DNA of 64,000 nucleotides from Dehalococcoidia bacterium. GTDB taxonomy: Bacteria; Chloroflexota; Dehalococcoidia; Lucifugimonadales; Australimonadaceae. This document shows positions 1-9,444 of this stretch, one piece after another. Every line of letters starts with the position of its first letter. Positions within the stretch are counted from its first letter, which is position 1. A model generated the notes under the pieces. The model was given only the letters and a program-made list of their open reading frames with translations. It was not told the DNA's origin and did not search any database. The position numbers and the translations under genes are program-made. The DNA lies in contig DAOUJX010000060.1 in assembly GCA_034422075.1 (NCBI GenBank), forward strand, positions 73,244 to 137,243, in the 5' to 3' direction.

Positions 1-2
1 CG

Positions 3-1013
3 CACCTCGTCCATGACGCCGTCACCGACGAGGCGCTGTGGGCGTGTACGTCGTGCCGTGCCTGCGTCCAAGCGTGCCCCGCGGGCATCGAGCACATCGA
101 CACCATCGTAGACATGCGCCGCTTCTTGACGATGGAGGAGGCGTCGACGCCCAATACCGCGATGGAGGCGCTCCTGTCGATGGAACAGCGCGGCCATCCG
201 TGGCGCGGCACGCAGGCGACGCGCACCGATTGGATGGCGGATGCGGGCGCCGTTAGCATGGCCGACGACCCCGACCATGAGGTGCTGCTGTGGGTGGGCT
301 GCACCGCCGCGCTCGACGAGCGCGCGCAGCGCGTCGTCAAGGCGATGGCTTCCGTCCTCAAAGTCGCCGGAGTCAAGTACCGCGTCCTTGGTAACGAGGA
401 GGCCTGTACGGGCGACCCCGCACGGCGGCTGGGCAATGAGTACCTGTACGAGACGTTGGCGCGCCGCAACATCGAGACCCTCCAGCGCTACGGCGTGCAG
501 AAGGTGCTCACCCTTTGCCCCCACTGCTTCAACACCATGCGCAACGAATACCCCCAGTTCGGCGGCGATTTCGACGTGCAGCACTACACGCAGTACGTCG
601 CGCAGTTGGTAGCGGACGGGCGCATCAAGCCCCTTGCCCCCATCGAGCGCAGCGTGGCCTACCACGACTCGTGCTACCTTGGCCGTCACAACGACGTGTA
701 CGAGCCGCCGCGCGCGATAGCACGCGCCATTCCCGGCCTTCAACTGGTTGAGATGGGGGAGGGGCGGTGCCGCGAGCGCGGCTTCTGCTGCGGCGCCGGC
801 GGCGGGCGCATGTGGATGGAAGAGGAGGGGCAGCGCGTCAACCACATTCGCACCGACCACTTTCTCGAAACGCAGGCCGACACCGTGGGCGTCTCGTGTC
901 CCTTCTGCCTGCAGATGATGGAGGAGGGTATCAGCGCGAAGGGTGCCTCCGAGGCGAAGTCGGCCAAGGACCTGCTGGAACTGCTGGCCGAGAGCCTGGA
1001 GGAGAAGGGCTAG
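3..1013 (+). CDS. (Fe-S)-binding oxidoreductase, 5'-truncated at window edge (4Fe-4S motif plus cysteine-rich CCG domains; GlpC/GlcF/HdrD-like)
   Basis: Frame 3 is open from base 3. Bases 3-113 translate to ...CTSCRACVQACPAGIEHID (CxxCxxCxxxCP), upstream of tracked ORF 114..1013. Downstream CPHCFNTM, FCCGAGGG and CPFCLQMM are CCG-domain-like. Confidence 0.8.
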   Translation, partial: HLVHDAVTDEALWACTSCRACVQACPAGIEHIDTIVDMRRFLTMEEASTPNTAMEALLSMEQRGHPWRGTQATRTDWMADAGAVSMADDPDHEVLLWVGCTAALDERAQRVVKAMASVLKVAGVKYRVLGNEEACTGDPARRLGNEYLYETLARRNIETLQRYGVQKVLTLCPHCFNTMRNEYPQFGGDFDVQHYTQYVAQLVADGRIKPLAPIERSVAYHDSCYLGRHNDVYEPPRAIARAIPGLQLVEMGEGRCRERGFCCGAGGGRMWMEEEGQRVNHIRTDHFLETQADTVGVSCPFCLQMMEEGISAKGASEAKSAKDLLELLAESLEEKG

Positions 1014-1061
1014 CGCCAGATCCGCATAGCGCGGGCTGGGCGGCTGCGCTAGGCTTGCTCC

Positions 1062-3587
1062 ATGGCCAACGCCAACCCCACGGCCAAGTTGCGCGCGCTC
1101 CGCAATATCATTGCGCTTGAGCAGGCGAACGACTTCCAGGATCGCGCCGTCAGCGGCGGCCTCGACCGCTTCCTCGCAACGCTCAGCCACGACGCCCTGC
1201 ACCCCGCCGTCCGCTCGCTTGCCGAGCGCGGGATGCTACACGTCGACTACGGTGCGCTGGACGCCGAGCGGCGCCGGCGTTGGGCGGAAGAGGTGGAACG
1301 GCTACTGTCGGCCTTTGCGCCGACGCCAAGCACGCCGAAGCGCGCGCCGGCGCGACGCCCCCCTGCGCCCAAACGCCAACCCGCGCCACCGTCTATCGAC
1401 CTCGATTCGCCCGTTGTCGCGCTGCGCTCGGTGAACGCAACGCAGGCACAGCGGATGGCGGCGATAGGCGTGAAGACGGTACGCGACCTCGTCTGGCTCT
1501 TTCCCAATCGCCACCTCGACTACTCGCAGCGCTGCACCATCGCGGAGATGACGCCGGGCGTCGAGCAGACCATTGTCGTCGAACTGTGGGACGCCCACGA
1601 ACTAAGGCTCGGCTGGAAGGGCAAACTGCGCGCAACCGAAGCCGTGGTCGGCGACGACACCGGCAATCTGCACGTGATCTGGTTCGGCCAATGGTGGGTC
1701 GCCAATTCCCTCAAGAGCGCCTTAGCCCGGGCTCAGCGCGAGGCTAAGGGGAAGGCGCATCTCGTCCTCAGCGGCAAGATGACCGTCTTCAACGGCAGGC
1801 CGCAAATGGAGTCGCCTGAATGGGAGGTGATGGAGGACCCCGACACCGCTTCCGCAATCCACACGGGACGCCTCGTGCCCGTCTACCCCGGCGCCAAGGA
1901 GATCAGCACGCGAGCGATCCGGCGAATGGCGCGCGAGGCGCTCGACGCCATTTTCGGCTCGGAGGACGCCCGCCGCCCCAACCCCATCGACGAGCCCCTG
2001 CCAGACGACGTTCGAGGCCGCCACGGCCTCATGCCCATCGACCAAGCGCTCCTCCAGTCGCACTACCCCGACAGCTGGGCCACCAAGGAAGAGGCGCGGC
2101 ATCGGCTCGCGTTCGATGAGCTGCTGGTCTACATCATGTCGGGCGCAGCGCGGCGGCAGGTCCAAGGCAAGCCCAAGGGCGCAGTGCCCTTTCCGAGCCA
2201 CCGCGAGGTCGTCGAATCCTTCCTGCGCTCACTGCCATTCGAGTTGACCGGCGACCAGAAGCAGGCGCTCGAAGAGGCGATGGCGGACATGGGGCGATCG
2301 GAGCACGCCATGAGCCGCCTGCTCCAAGGTGACGTCGGCTCGGGCAAGACGGTGGTCGCGCTCGCGCTGCTGCTGCTAACCGTTGCCGGAGGCTACCAGG
2401 GCGCAATCATGGCGCCGACGGAGGTGCTGGCCGAGCAGCACTACCTGAGCGTGCAGCGCCTCTTAGGCGGGCTTACGCAACCGGCGCGCGAGTCGAACTG
2501 GTTCACCGTCTACGTCGACCCGCACCCGCAGCCCGTCAGCATCGGCCTGCTCACCGGATCCACGCGCACAAAGGCGCGGCGCGGACTCTACGAGCGCGTT
2601 CGGAACGGCACGCTCGACATCCTCATCGGCACGCATGCGCTGATACAGGAAGAGGTGGAAGTGCCGCGCCTGGCGCTGGCGGTAGTGGACGAGCAACACC
2701 GCTTCGGCGTAGCCCAGCGCGCCGCCCTGCGCTCCAAGGGCGCGTCGCCCGACGTCGAGCCGCACCAGCTCGTCATGTCGGCCACGCCCATCCCGCGCAC
2801 GCTCTCCCTCACGCTCTACGGTGACCTCGAGATGTCGACCATCCGCGAGATGCCCGCCGGACGCCGCCCCATCCAGACGCGCTTCGTTCCGCCGGAGCGG
2901 CGCGATGACGCAGAGCGCTTCTTGGTGACTCAGGCGCAGCACGGGCGCCAATCGTTCGTCGTCTGCCCCCTCATCGAAGAGTCGGAGGCGGTGCAGTCGC
3001 GCGCGGCGACGGAAGAGTACGAGCGCCTGCGCCAAGGGCCGCTGCGCTCACTTCGCGTGGGGCTGCTGCACGGGCGTATGCCCGTTGCCGAGAAGCAGTC
3101 GGTCATGGAGCAGTTTCGCGCGCACCAGCTCGACGTGCTGGTGGCGACCTCCGTCATCGAGGTGGGCATCGACGTGCCCAACGCCACGGTGATGCTCATC
3201 GAGGGCGCCGAGCGGTTCGGCCTCGCCCAGCTCCACCAGCTGCGCGGGCGCGTCGGGCGCGGTGCGCAGCAGTCCTTCTGCCTCCTTGCGCCGGAGTCGC
3301 TGAGCGACGACGCGCAACAGCGGCTTGAGGTCATCGTGCAGTCGAACGACGGCTTCGAGATAGCAGACGCAGACCTGCGGCAACGGGGCCCAGGCGACTT
3401 CTTCGGCACGCGCCAATCGGGGCTGCCGACCCTGCGGATGGCACGCCTCGACGACGGCGGCCTTCTACCCGGCGTCCGCGACGAGGCACGTGCCATTCTC
3501 GCCCGCGACCCCGAACTAGCCGACCACCCCCACCTCGCTGCCAGCGTTCGGCGCTACACCTCGCAGATAACCGATGAGCTAGGCTAG
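1062..3587 (+). CDS. recG: ATP-dependent DNA helicase RecG (with ~130-aa Pro/Ala-rich N-terminal extension)
   Basis: 841-aa ORF with SF2 helicase motifs GDVGSGKT, VVDEQHRFG, MSATPIPRTL and QLRGRVGRG. Confidence 0.9.
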   Translation: MANANPTAKLRALRNIIALEQANDFQDRAVSGGLDRFLATLSHDALHPAVRSLAERGMLHVDYGALDAERRRRWAEEVERLLSAFAPTPSTPKRAPARRPPAPKRQPAPPSIDLDSPVVALRSVNATQAQRMAAIGVKTVRDLVWLFPNRHLDYSQRCTIAEMTPGVEQTIVVELWDAHELRLGWKGKLRATEAVVGDDTGNLHVIWFGQWWVANSLKSALARAQREAKGKAHLVLSGKMTVFNGRPQMESPEWEVMEDPDTASAIHTGRLVPVYPGAKEISTRAIRRMAREALDAIFGSEDARRPNPIDEPLPDDVRGRHGLMPIDQALLQSHYPDSWATKEEARHRLAFDELLVYIMSGAARRQVQGKPKGAVPFPSHREVVESFLRSLPFELTGDQKQALEEAMADMGRSEHAMSRLLQGDVGSGKTVVALALLLLTVAGGYQGAIMAPTEVLAEQHYLSVQRLLGGLTQPARESNWFTVYVDPHPQPVSIGLLTGSTRTKARRGLYERVRNGTLDILIGTHALIQEEVEVPRLALAVVDEQHRFGVAQRAALRSKGASPDVEPHQLVMSATPIPRTLSLTLYGDLEMSTIREMPAGRRPIQTRFVPPERRDDAERFLVTQAQHGRQSFVVCPLIEESEAVQSRAATEEYERLRQGPLRSLRVGLLHGRMPVAEKQSVMEQFRAHQLDVLVATSVIEVGIDVPNATVMLIEGAERFGLAQLHQLRGRVGRGAQQSFCLLAPESLSDDAQQRLEVIVQSNDGFEIADADLRQRGPGDFFGTRQSGLPTLRMARLDDGGLLPGVRDEARAILARDPELADHPHLAASVRRYTSQITDELG

Positions 3588-3634
3588 CGGCCGGCGGCCC
3601 GGGGTAGAATGGGTTCCTGGGTGCTTGCAGAACG

Positions 3635-3985
3635 ATGGCTGACCAATTCACCCCCATCGCAAAGGTGGGCGATCTCGAGGACGGGCAGAGGCGGCTGGTG
3701 CGGCGCGGGTTTGAGCACATCTTTCTCGCCCGCGTCGAGGGGTGCTTCTACGCACTGGAGGAATTCTGCTCTCACGCAGGCGGCACGCTGAGCACCGGGA
3801 CGCTCGACGGCTACGAGGTCGTGTGCCCGCTCCACGGTGCGCGGTTCGATGTGCGCACCGGCAAGCAGAGCGTCGGGCCGGCGCTCGCCGACCAGCCCAC
3901 CTACCCAGTGCGCGTCGACGGTGACGACGTGCTGGCCGGACCCATGAGCGATGCATCGGGGCTGGGCGCGGCCTTTAGCGAGTAG
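3635..3985 (+). CDS. Rieske [2Fe-2S] ferredoxin-type protein
   Basis: 116 aa. CSHAGG...CPLHGARF supplies the CxH / CxxH Rieske ligands. Confidence 0.85.
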   Translation: MADQFTPIAKVGDLEDGQRRLVRRGFEHIFLARVEGCFYALEEFCSHAGGTLSTGTLDGYEVVCPLHGARFDVRTGKQSVGPALADQPTYPVRVDGDDVLAGPMSDASGLGAAFSE

Positions 3986-3987
3986 GG

Positions 3988-4521
3988 ATGCAGGCGCCCC
4001 GCTACCACGAGACGCAGCGCTTCGCAGCACACTGGCCCTACCTGCTTGTGGTGCTCGCGGTCGTCCTCGGGGCCGGCTTCTACACGTGGGGCATCATGCG
4101 CCAGCTCATTGCGGGCGTGCCGTTCGGCTCCAACCCCGCGCCCGATGGATTGCTCATCGTCATCGCCCTCATCATGTATCCCGTCGCCGCCTACTTCGTC
4201 GCCCAGTTTTTGTATGGCTACGTGGCGTTGGAGGTCCGCGGCGATGCCATCGCCTGGCGCTTTGCGCCCATCCACCGCACGTGGCGCAGCGTGGCCTTTG
4301 ACGACCTCGTCGCTTGGCACGTGCTGCGCTTCAACCCGCTACGCTACGGCGGATGGGGCCTGCGCCGCGACTTCATCAGCGACGGGTGGTGCTACACCGT
4401 TTGGGGCAGGCAGGGTCTGCTGCTTAGGACCAAGGATGGGCGGGAGCGCCTCATCGGTACGCGCCGCACACGCGAACTGGCCGCCGCGATGACTGCCGCC
4501 GCCGGGCCGGAGCCGGCCTAG
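3988..4521 (+). CDS. hypothetical membrane protein
   Basis: 177 aa. Hydrophobic helices (LLVVLAVVLGAGFY; LLIVIALIMYPVAAYFVAQFL) followed by a soluble C-terminal part. Starts 3 nt after the Rieske gene stop. No family recognised. Confidence 0.5.
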   Translation: MQAPRYHETQRFAAHWPYLLVVLAVVLGAGFYTWGIMRQLIAGVPFGSNPAPDGLLIVIALIMYPVAAYFVAQFLYGYVALEVRGDAIAWRFAPIHRTWRSVAFDDLVAWHVLRFNPLRYGGWGLRRDFISDGWCYTVWGRQGLLLRTKDGRERLIGTRRTRELAAAMTAAAGPEPA

Positions 4522-4522
4522 C

Positions 4523-5221
4523 GTGGCGGCGCTCCTTGCCAACGTCCGCGCCGTCCTGTTCGACCTCGACGACACCCTGCTCGACACCTACTCGGCGCGC
4601 ACGCGCGCCATCGCCAGCGCCTTCGCCGACGCCGGCATCACGGAGCCGAGGGCAGATGCGTTCATGGAGCGGTACAACGGCTTCGGCTTCGACAGCGTAC
4701 TGCTGGAGGTTGAGCGAGCGCATGGTGGAGGCCTCGGCCTGATGGAGGCGTACCGCCGCGCCTACGCGCTCCGGGAGGCATCACAGGTGCGCGCGTTTGA
4801 TGGCATCGCCGAATTGCTGGCGTTGCTTGCCGGAGCGGATCGGCAGCTCGGCGTCGTCACCTCGAAGGCGGGCTACCGCGACTTCGAGGGTGCGCGATTG
4901 GGCGCGACCTACGAATTGGAGGTAAGCGGCCTATTGCGCTACTTCGACGTCGTGGTCAGCGCGGACGACGTGACGCGCCTCAAGCCGGACGCCGAGCCGG
5001 TGGAACGCGCGCTGAAGAGCCTGGCCTGCGCACCCGCCGATGCCGTCATGGTGGGCGATTCAACGTCCGACTTCGGCGCAGGGCGCTCGGCGGGCGCGTG
5101 GGTATGCTACGCGCGCTGGGGCGGCCGTTCGCCAGGCCCCGAGTTTGAGGGCGCCGAGCCCCACTACGCGGTCGACACCCCCGCGCAACTTGCCGCGCTG
5201 CTCGGGGCGGGGGGCCGTTGA
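4523..5221 (+). CDS. HAD-superfamily hydrolase (subfamily IA phosphatase-like)
   Basis: HAD motifs [10 protein letters not shown] (DxDxT), VVTSK and VGDSTSD. GTG start at 4523. Confidence 0.8.
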   Translation: MAALLANVRAVLFDLDDTLLDTYSARTRAIASAFADAGITEPRADAFMERYNGFGFDSVLLEVERAHGGGLGLMEAYRRAYALREASQVRAFDGIAELLALLAGADRQLGVVTSKAGYRDFEGARLGATYELEVSGLLRYFDVVVSADDVTRLKPDAEPVERALKSLACAPADAVMVGDSTSDFGAGRSAGAWVCYARWGGRSPGPEFEGAEPHYAVDTPAQLAALLGAGGR

Positions 5222-5265
5222 CGGGCGGCGCGGGGCGCGGGGACAATCGGCGCACGGAGGTGGGT

Positions 5266-6450
5266 ATGCGCGAAGTCGTCATTATCGCGGGCGCTCGGAC
5301 GCCCATCGGCAAGTTCGGTGGCGCATTCGTAGAGATGGAGGCATCCGAGCTAGGCGCCGTTGCCATCCGCGCCGCCGTCGAACGCGCCGGGCTGACGCCG
5401 GAGGCCGTCGAGCAGGTCATCATGGGCCACGTCATCCAGGCGGGCGATTCTGGCTACATGGCGCGCAAGGCGGCGCTCGGCGCGGGCCTGCCGGAGACGA
5501 CGCCTGCGATGACCGTCAACCGCGCCTGTTCGTCAGGCCTCGAGGCCATCAACCTCGCCGCGAACGCCATCATGGTCGGAGATGCTGACGTCATCGTCGC
5601 TGGCGGTGCGGAGTCGATGAGCCGCGTGCCGCACCTCCTGCCCAACGCGCGCTTCACAGGCCTCCGCTACGGCGACGCGACGCTCATCGATGCGCTGACG
5701 CTCGGCCTGTCGTGCCCCATCTACGACTATCACATGGGCGTGACGGCGGAGAACGTTGCGGAGCGCTACGAGGTGAGCCGTGAGACGCAGGACCGGCTCG
5801 CGCTCGAGAGCCACCGCCGCGCCGTCGCCGCGCAGGAGGCGGGGTACTTCGAAGCGCAGATAGCCCCTGTCGAGGTAACGCCTGCGCGCGGCCCGGCGCA
5901 CGTGGTTGGGCGCGACGAGCATCCCCGCGCCGACACGAGCATGGAGAGGCTTGCGGCGCTCGCGCCCGCCTTTCGCCCCGGTGGCACGGTGACAGCGGGG
6001 AACGCCGCCGGCATGAACGACGCCGCAGCCGCCGTCGTCGTCACGTCCGCCGATTGGGCGCAGGCGCACGGCCTCAAGCCGCGCATGCGGTGGGTCGGAC
6101 GCGCCGTCGCGGGCGTTGACCCCGCCTACATGGGCACGGGGCCCGTGCCGGCGACGCGGCGCCTGCTGGAACGCACCGATGCCTCGCTGGCCGACATCGA
6201 CCTCATCGAACTGAACGAGGCGTTTGCCGCGCAGGCAGCCTACGTCATTCGCGAATTGGACTTGGATGAGGCCAAGACCAACGTCAACGGCAGCGGCATT
6301 TCGCTCGGCCACCCTCTCGGTGCGACCGGCGCAATCATGGCCGTCAAACTGATGGACGAATTGGAACGGACGGACGGGCAGCTCGGCCTCGCGACGCTGT
6401 GTGTCGGAGGCGGACAGGGCGTCGCCACCCTCTTCGAGCGCGCGAGCTAA
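5266..6450 (+). CDS. acetyl-CoA C-acetyltransferase (thiolase)
   Basis: [11 protein letters not shown] (active-site Cys) and C-terminal CVGGGQGVA. Start re-set to ATG 5266 ([19 protein letters not shown]), preceded by GGAGGTGGG. The tracked ORF starts at 5218. Confidence 0.9.
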   Translation: MREVVIIAGARTPIGKFGGAFVEMEASELGAVAIRAAVERAGLTPEAVEQVIMGHVIQAGDSGYMARKAALGAGLPETTPAMTVNRACSSGLEAINLAANAIMVGDADVIVAGGAESMSRVPHLLPNARFTGLRYGDATLIDALTLGLSCPIYDYHMGVTAENVAERYEVSRETQDRLALESHRRAVAAQEAGYFEAQIAPVEVTPARGPAHVVGRDEHPRADTSMERLAALAPAFRPGGTVTAGNAAGMNDAAAAVVVTSADWAQAHGLKPRMRWVGRAVAGVDPAYMGTGPVPATRRLLERTDASLADIDLIELNEAFAAQAAYVIRELDLDEAKTNVNGSGISLGHPLGATGAIMAVKLMDELERTDGQLGLATLCVGGGQGVATLFERAS

Positions 6451-6452
6451 CG

Positions 6453-7409
6453 ATGGCGGCTGATCGCCGTATCGTCGTCATCGCCAACCGTCCCCCGCAG
6501 TGGCTCGGCTCACCGCAGCTGGAACGGCTACGCGGCCTCGGCGACCTGGCGTTTTACGACGACGTACCAGGCGACTTGGGGGAGCAGATCGAGCGTGCCA
6601 TGGGTGCGGAGGTCGTCATCACCCCCGTTATCGTGCGTTGGACGGACGACGCCTTCGCCGCGCTACCCGACCTGCGGCTGATATGCCTCGTGGCCATCGG
6701 TACCGACTCGATCGACTTGGCCGCGGCAAGACGGCGTGGCGTACTTGTGGCCAACGTGCCGGGGCGCACCGCGGGGGTTGTCGCCGAGCATGCGCTCGCG
6801 CTGGTGCTGTCCGTCGCCCGGCGCACTGCCGAGGAGACGGCCGCCATCCGCCAAGGCGAATGGCGTCAAGGGCGCAACGTCTTCCTGCGCGGCAAGACGC
6901 TCGGCGTCGTCGGCACCGGCCATTCGGGCACGCAGATGGCACGGCTCGGGCGAGCCGTCGGGATGGACGTCATCGCATGGACGTTCAACCCCTCGCTAGA
7001 GCGTGCGCGGGAGCTCGGCGTGCGCTTCGTGGAGCTGGACGAACTGCTGGCTGAGGCGGACGTCGTCAGCCTGCACGTCCGCCTCAGCGATGCGACGCGC
7101 CACCTCATCGGCGAGCGCGAGCTGGGGCTGATGAAGCGCGATGCCATCCTCGTCAACGTCGCGCGAGGTGGCGTCGTCGACACGGACGCGCTCGTGCGCA
7201 CGCTGGAGGCGGGGCGGTTGATGGGCGCGGGCCTCGACGTATTCGAGCAAGAGCCGCTGCCGTTGGGGCACCCGCTGCTTCGCTTCGAGAACGTCGTTGC
7301 CACTCCGCACGCCGCCGACAACACGCCCGAGGGCATGGAGTTCCTCAACGAGGGCACCGTGGACAACGTCGGCGCCTACCTCTCCGGTGCACCCACGAAC
7401 CTGGTGTAG
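6453..7409 (+). CDS. D-isomer-specific 2-hydroxyacid dehydrogenase family protein
   Basis: NAD-binding GVVGTGHSG plus the RGGVVD...HAADNT catalytic region. ATG 6453 lies just after the thiolase stop. The tracked ORF begins at 6399, inside the thiolase gene. Confidence 0.8.
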   Translation: MAADRRIVVIANRPPQWLGSPQLERLRGLGDLAFYDDVPGDLGEQIERAMGAEVVITPVIVRWTDDAFAALPDLRLICLVAIGTDSIDLAAARRRGVLVANVPGRTAGVVAEHALALVLSVARRTAEETAAIRQGEWRQGRNVFLRGKTLGVVGTGHSGTQMARLGRAVGMDVIAWTFNPSLERARELGVRFVELDELLAEADVVSLHVRLSDATRHLIGERELGLMKRDAILVNVARGGVVDTDALVRTLEAGRLMGAGLDVFEQEPLPLGHPLLRFENVVATPHAADNTPEGMEFLNEGTVDNVGAYLSGAPTNLV

Positions 7410-7464
7410 TTGCCGCAGGGGAAGGGGTCGACTGAGGGGTATCCTATGCGCATGGCAGCGGGGC

Positions 7465-9399
7465 ATGGCGTTGCGTAGGGGCGGGCCGTCGACCCAGGTC
7501 ACCGGGTTCGCGAGCGCGCTGATGCTCGCAGTGCTTACGCTAGGCGCATGCTCCGCGCCTGCGACCGACTCCACACCCTCACCGGATATCGAAGCGACCG
7601 TTCGCGCGGTCGTCGACGAGGCGCTGCGCAATCAGCCGACGCCTCCACCAGCTGCGCCTCTTCCGAACATCGAAGCCACGGTGCAGGCGCTCGTCGATGA
7701 AGCGCTGCGCAACCAGCCGATACCTACCCCTACGCCCACTGCCACGCCGACGCCGCGGCCAACACCAACGCCAACGCCGACTCCCTCACCGACGCCGACC
7801 CCAAGGCCGACAGCCGCAGCATCGCCAACCCCCACTCCGCCGGTCGACATCCCGACGACGGCGGCGAGGGTGCGGCCAAGCGTCGTCAAAGTCACCGTCT
7901 CTTCGCGCCGGGGGTCCGGCGTCATCGTGGAGGTAGGGCCCGGCGACGGGGCCTTCGTCGTGGTCAGCGAGCACGTCATCCTTGACAGCGACGACGTGAC
8001 CATCCGAGTCGGTGATGACACCGACTACGAAGGGTTGGTACTGGGCCGCAGCGTTGCTAAGGACCTGGGCCTGGTGTGGATATGCTGCTCCAAGGATTTC
8101 GTCGCCGTACCGCTCGCCGACATCGCCGCCCTGCAGTCCGGTGCCTCCCTGTTCGCGATGGGCTACCCGTTGGGGGTCAGCCAGGCGACCATTACGCGCG
8201 GCGTCGTCTCGCGCACCTTCTACGACGAAGCGGACGGCGTGACCTACGTTCAGACCGATGCGCCCATCAACCCGGGGAACAGCGGCGGCCCGCTCTTCAA
8301 CCTTGCAGGCGAAGTTGTCGGCGTCAACACTGCCGTCATTAGACGCTCGCGGTCGGGCATATCGGTAGAGGGCGTTGGCTTCGCCATATCGGCGGAGACG
8401 GTCGCGGAGGTGCTGCCGCAGCTGAGGGCCGGCAGGGCCCGCTCTGGCGCGGTCGGCCCGGTGCGCGGTGCGTTGTCGCATGCCGCGGATACGGTCAGCA
8501 GCCTTCCTTTGGGCTTCTGGGGCGCCGATGTGGGTATGGCGGCAACGTTCAGGAACCCGCACCTCCCGTCGGAGGGCGGCTGGGACTACGGTTTCCGGTT
8601 CCGCGCCCTTGGAACCGAAGGCGCGCATGTCGTCGGCGTCACTTCGGCCGGCCGCTGGTTCCACTACCTCGAGGAAGCCGGGGGAAGCCGCCGTCTGCTG
8701 GCCGAGGGAGCGGCGCCCGGGATCCGCCTCGGCACCGGCCTCGGAGGTGCGCTAGCCGCGAACAGGCTGTTCCTCGTCGCATCACGGCACCAGGGATGGC
8801 TGTTTGTCGATGAGGTGCTGATTGCCGAGCTCGACCTCAGCGAAGGCTCTCCAACCGGCAGCGTCAGCGCTCTCGTCGGATACCTACCGGAGAATCGCTC
8901 GGAGGGCAGCTCAACGTCGGTGCATGAATTCAGGGCCGCGCCTCCCAATACCCCCACCGCAGGGTCCGAGATCATCAATAGCGGCGGTGCGGCGTTCGGC
9001 GGCCGTGCAAGGGACCTCGTCGCCCGTGTCACGCTCATAACCCCCGACACCAGCGGCCCGTGGGACTATGGCTTTGAGCTAGGCACGACGCAGCGCTTCG
9101 TTGTTGGCAGCGACGGCACCTGGCTCCACCTCGCCAGGGAGAGCACGTTCCCTTGGCAGGTGGTCACTTCCGGGCGCGTGGAGTTCGACCGATCTGCAGG
9201 AACCACCAACCACCTGCTCTTGGCGGTCGTCGGCAATTCGGCCCAGGTCTACCTGAACGGGAAGGCCGTCGCGCGCGTCGACCTCGGCACGGGGGCTGGC
9301 ACCCGCACCGTGTTCGTACGTAGCGGGATGCTCCCGGAGACCGCGGCGGCGGACTACAGGATCCGCTACCGCGACTTCCAGGTCTGGCCGCTCGGGTAG
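7465..9399 (+). CDS. lipoprotein trypsin-like (S1/HtrA-type) serine protease with repeat/linker region and two C-terminal jelly-roll-like repeats
   Basis: Signal peptide with lipobox (LAVLTLGAC). 27-aa tandem repeat and a Pro/Thr linker. Protease core with GNSGGPLFN. Duplicated C-terminal ~130-aa module (GWDYGFRF.../PWDYGFEL...). Start re-set from 7297 to ATG 7465. Confidence 0.75.
   Translation: MALRRGGPSTQVTGFASALMLAVLTLGACSAPATDSTPSPDIEATVRAVVDEALRNQPTPPPAAPLPNIEATVQALVDEALRNQPIPTPTPTATPTPRPTPTPTPTPSPTPTPRPTAAASPTPTPPVDIPTTAARVRPSVVKVTVSSRRGSGVIVEVGPGDGAFVVVSEHVILDSDDVTIRVGDDTDYEGLVLGRSVAKDLGLVWICCSKDFVAVPLADIAALQSGASLFAMGYPLGVSQATITRGVVSRTFYDEADGVTYVQTDAPINPGNSGGPLFNLAGEVVGVNTAVIRRSRSGISVEGVGFAISAETVAEVLPQLRAGRARSGAVGPVRGALSHAADTVSSLPLGFWGADVGMAATFRNPHLPSEGGWDYGFRFRALGTEGAHVVGVTSAGRWFHYLEEAGGSRRLLAEGAAPGIRLGTGLGGALAANRLFLVASRHQGWLFVDEVLIAELDLSEGSPTGSVSALVGYLPENRSEGSSTSVHEFRAAPPNTPTAGSEIINSGGAAFGGRARDLVARVTLITPDTSGPWDYGFELGTTQRFVVGSDGTWLHLARESTFPWQVVTSGRVEFDRSAGTTNHLLLAVVGNSAQVYLNGKAVARVDLGTGAGTRTVFVRSGMLPETAAADYRIRYRDFQVWPLG
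7588..7725 (+). repeat. in-frame 81-bp tandem duplication (27 aa; IEATV[R/Q]A[V/L]VDEALRNQP) inside the protease gene
   Basis: Copy 1 starts at 7588 and copy 2 at 7669 (81-nt offset). The first ~54 nt of each are clearly similar at DNA and protein level. Confidence 0.8.
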
Positions 9400-9444
9400 C
9401 GGCGCGCGCCACCCAAGCGCCTCCTCGCAAGACCAGGAGTAAGG

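Noticed and set aside
5218-5265. Upstream-extended starts in the ORF track (e.g. 5218, 6399, 7297, 22550, 26753, 36511, 37640, 48681, 48697, 49901, 50692, 55480, 55549, 55745)
   Set aside because: The extensions overlap the preceding gene or are Arg/Pro-rich with no homology-type sequence. Internal starts coincide with conserved protein N-termini and RBS or stop/start overlaps.
7725-7860. Highly repetitive ACN-CCN DNA (…ccgacgccgacgccaacaccaacgccaacgccgac…) that could be mistaken for a microsatellite or a spacer-repeat array
   Set aside because: It is in frame within the protease ORF and encodes a Pro/Thr/Ala linker. It lacks the repeat-spacer periodicity of CRISPR.
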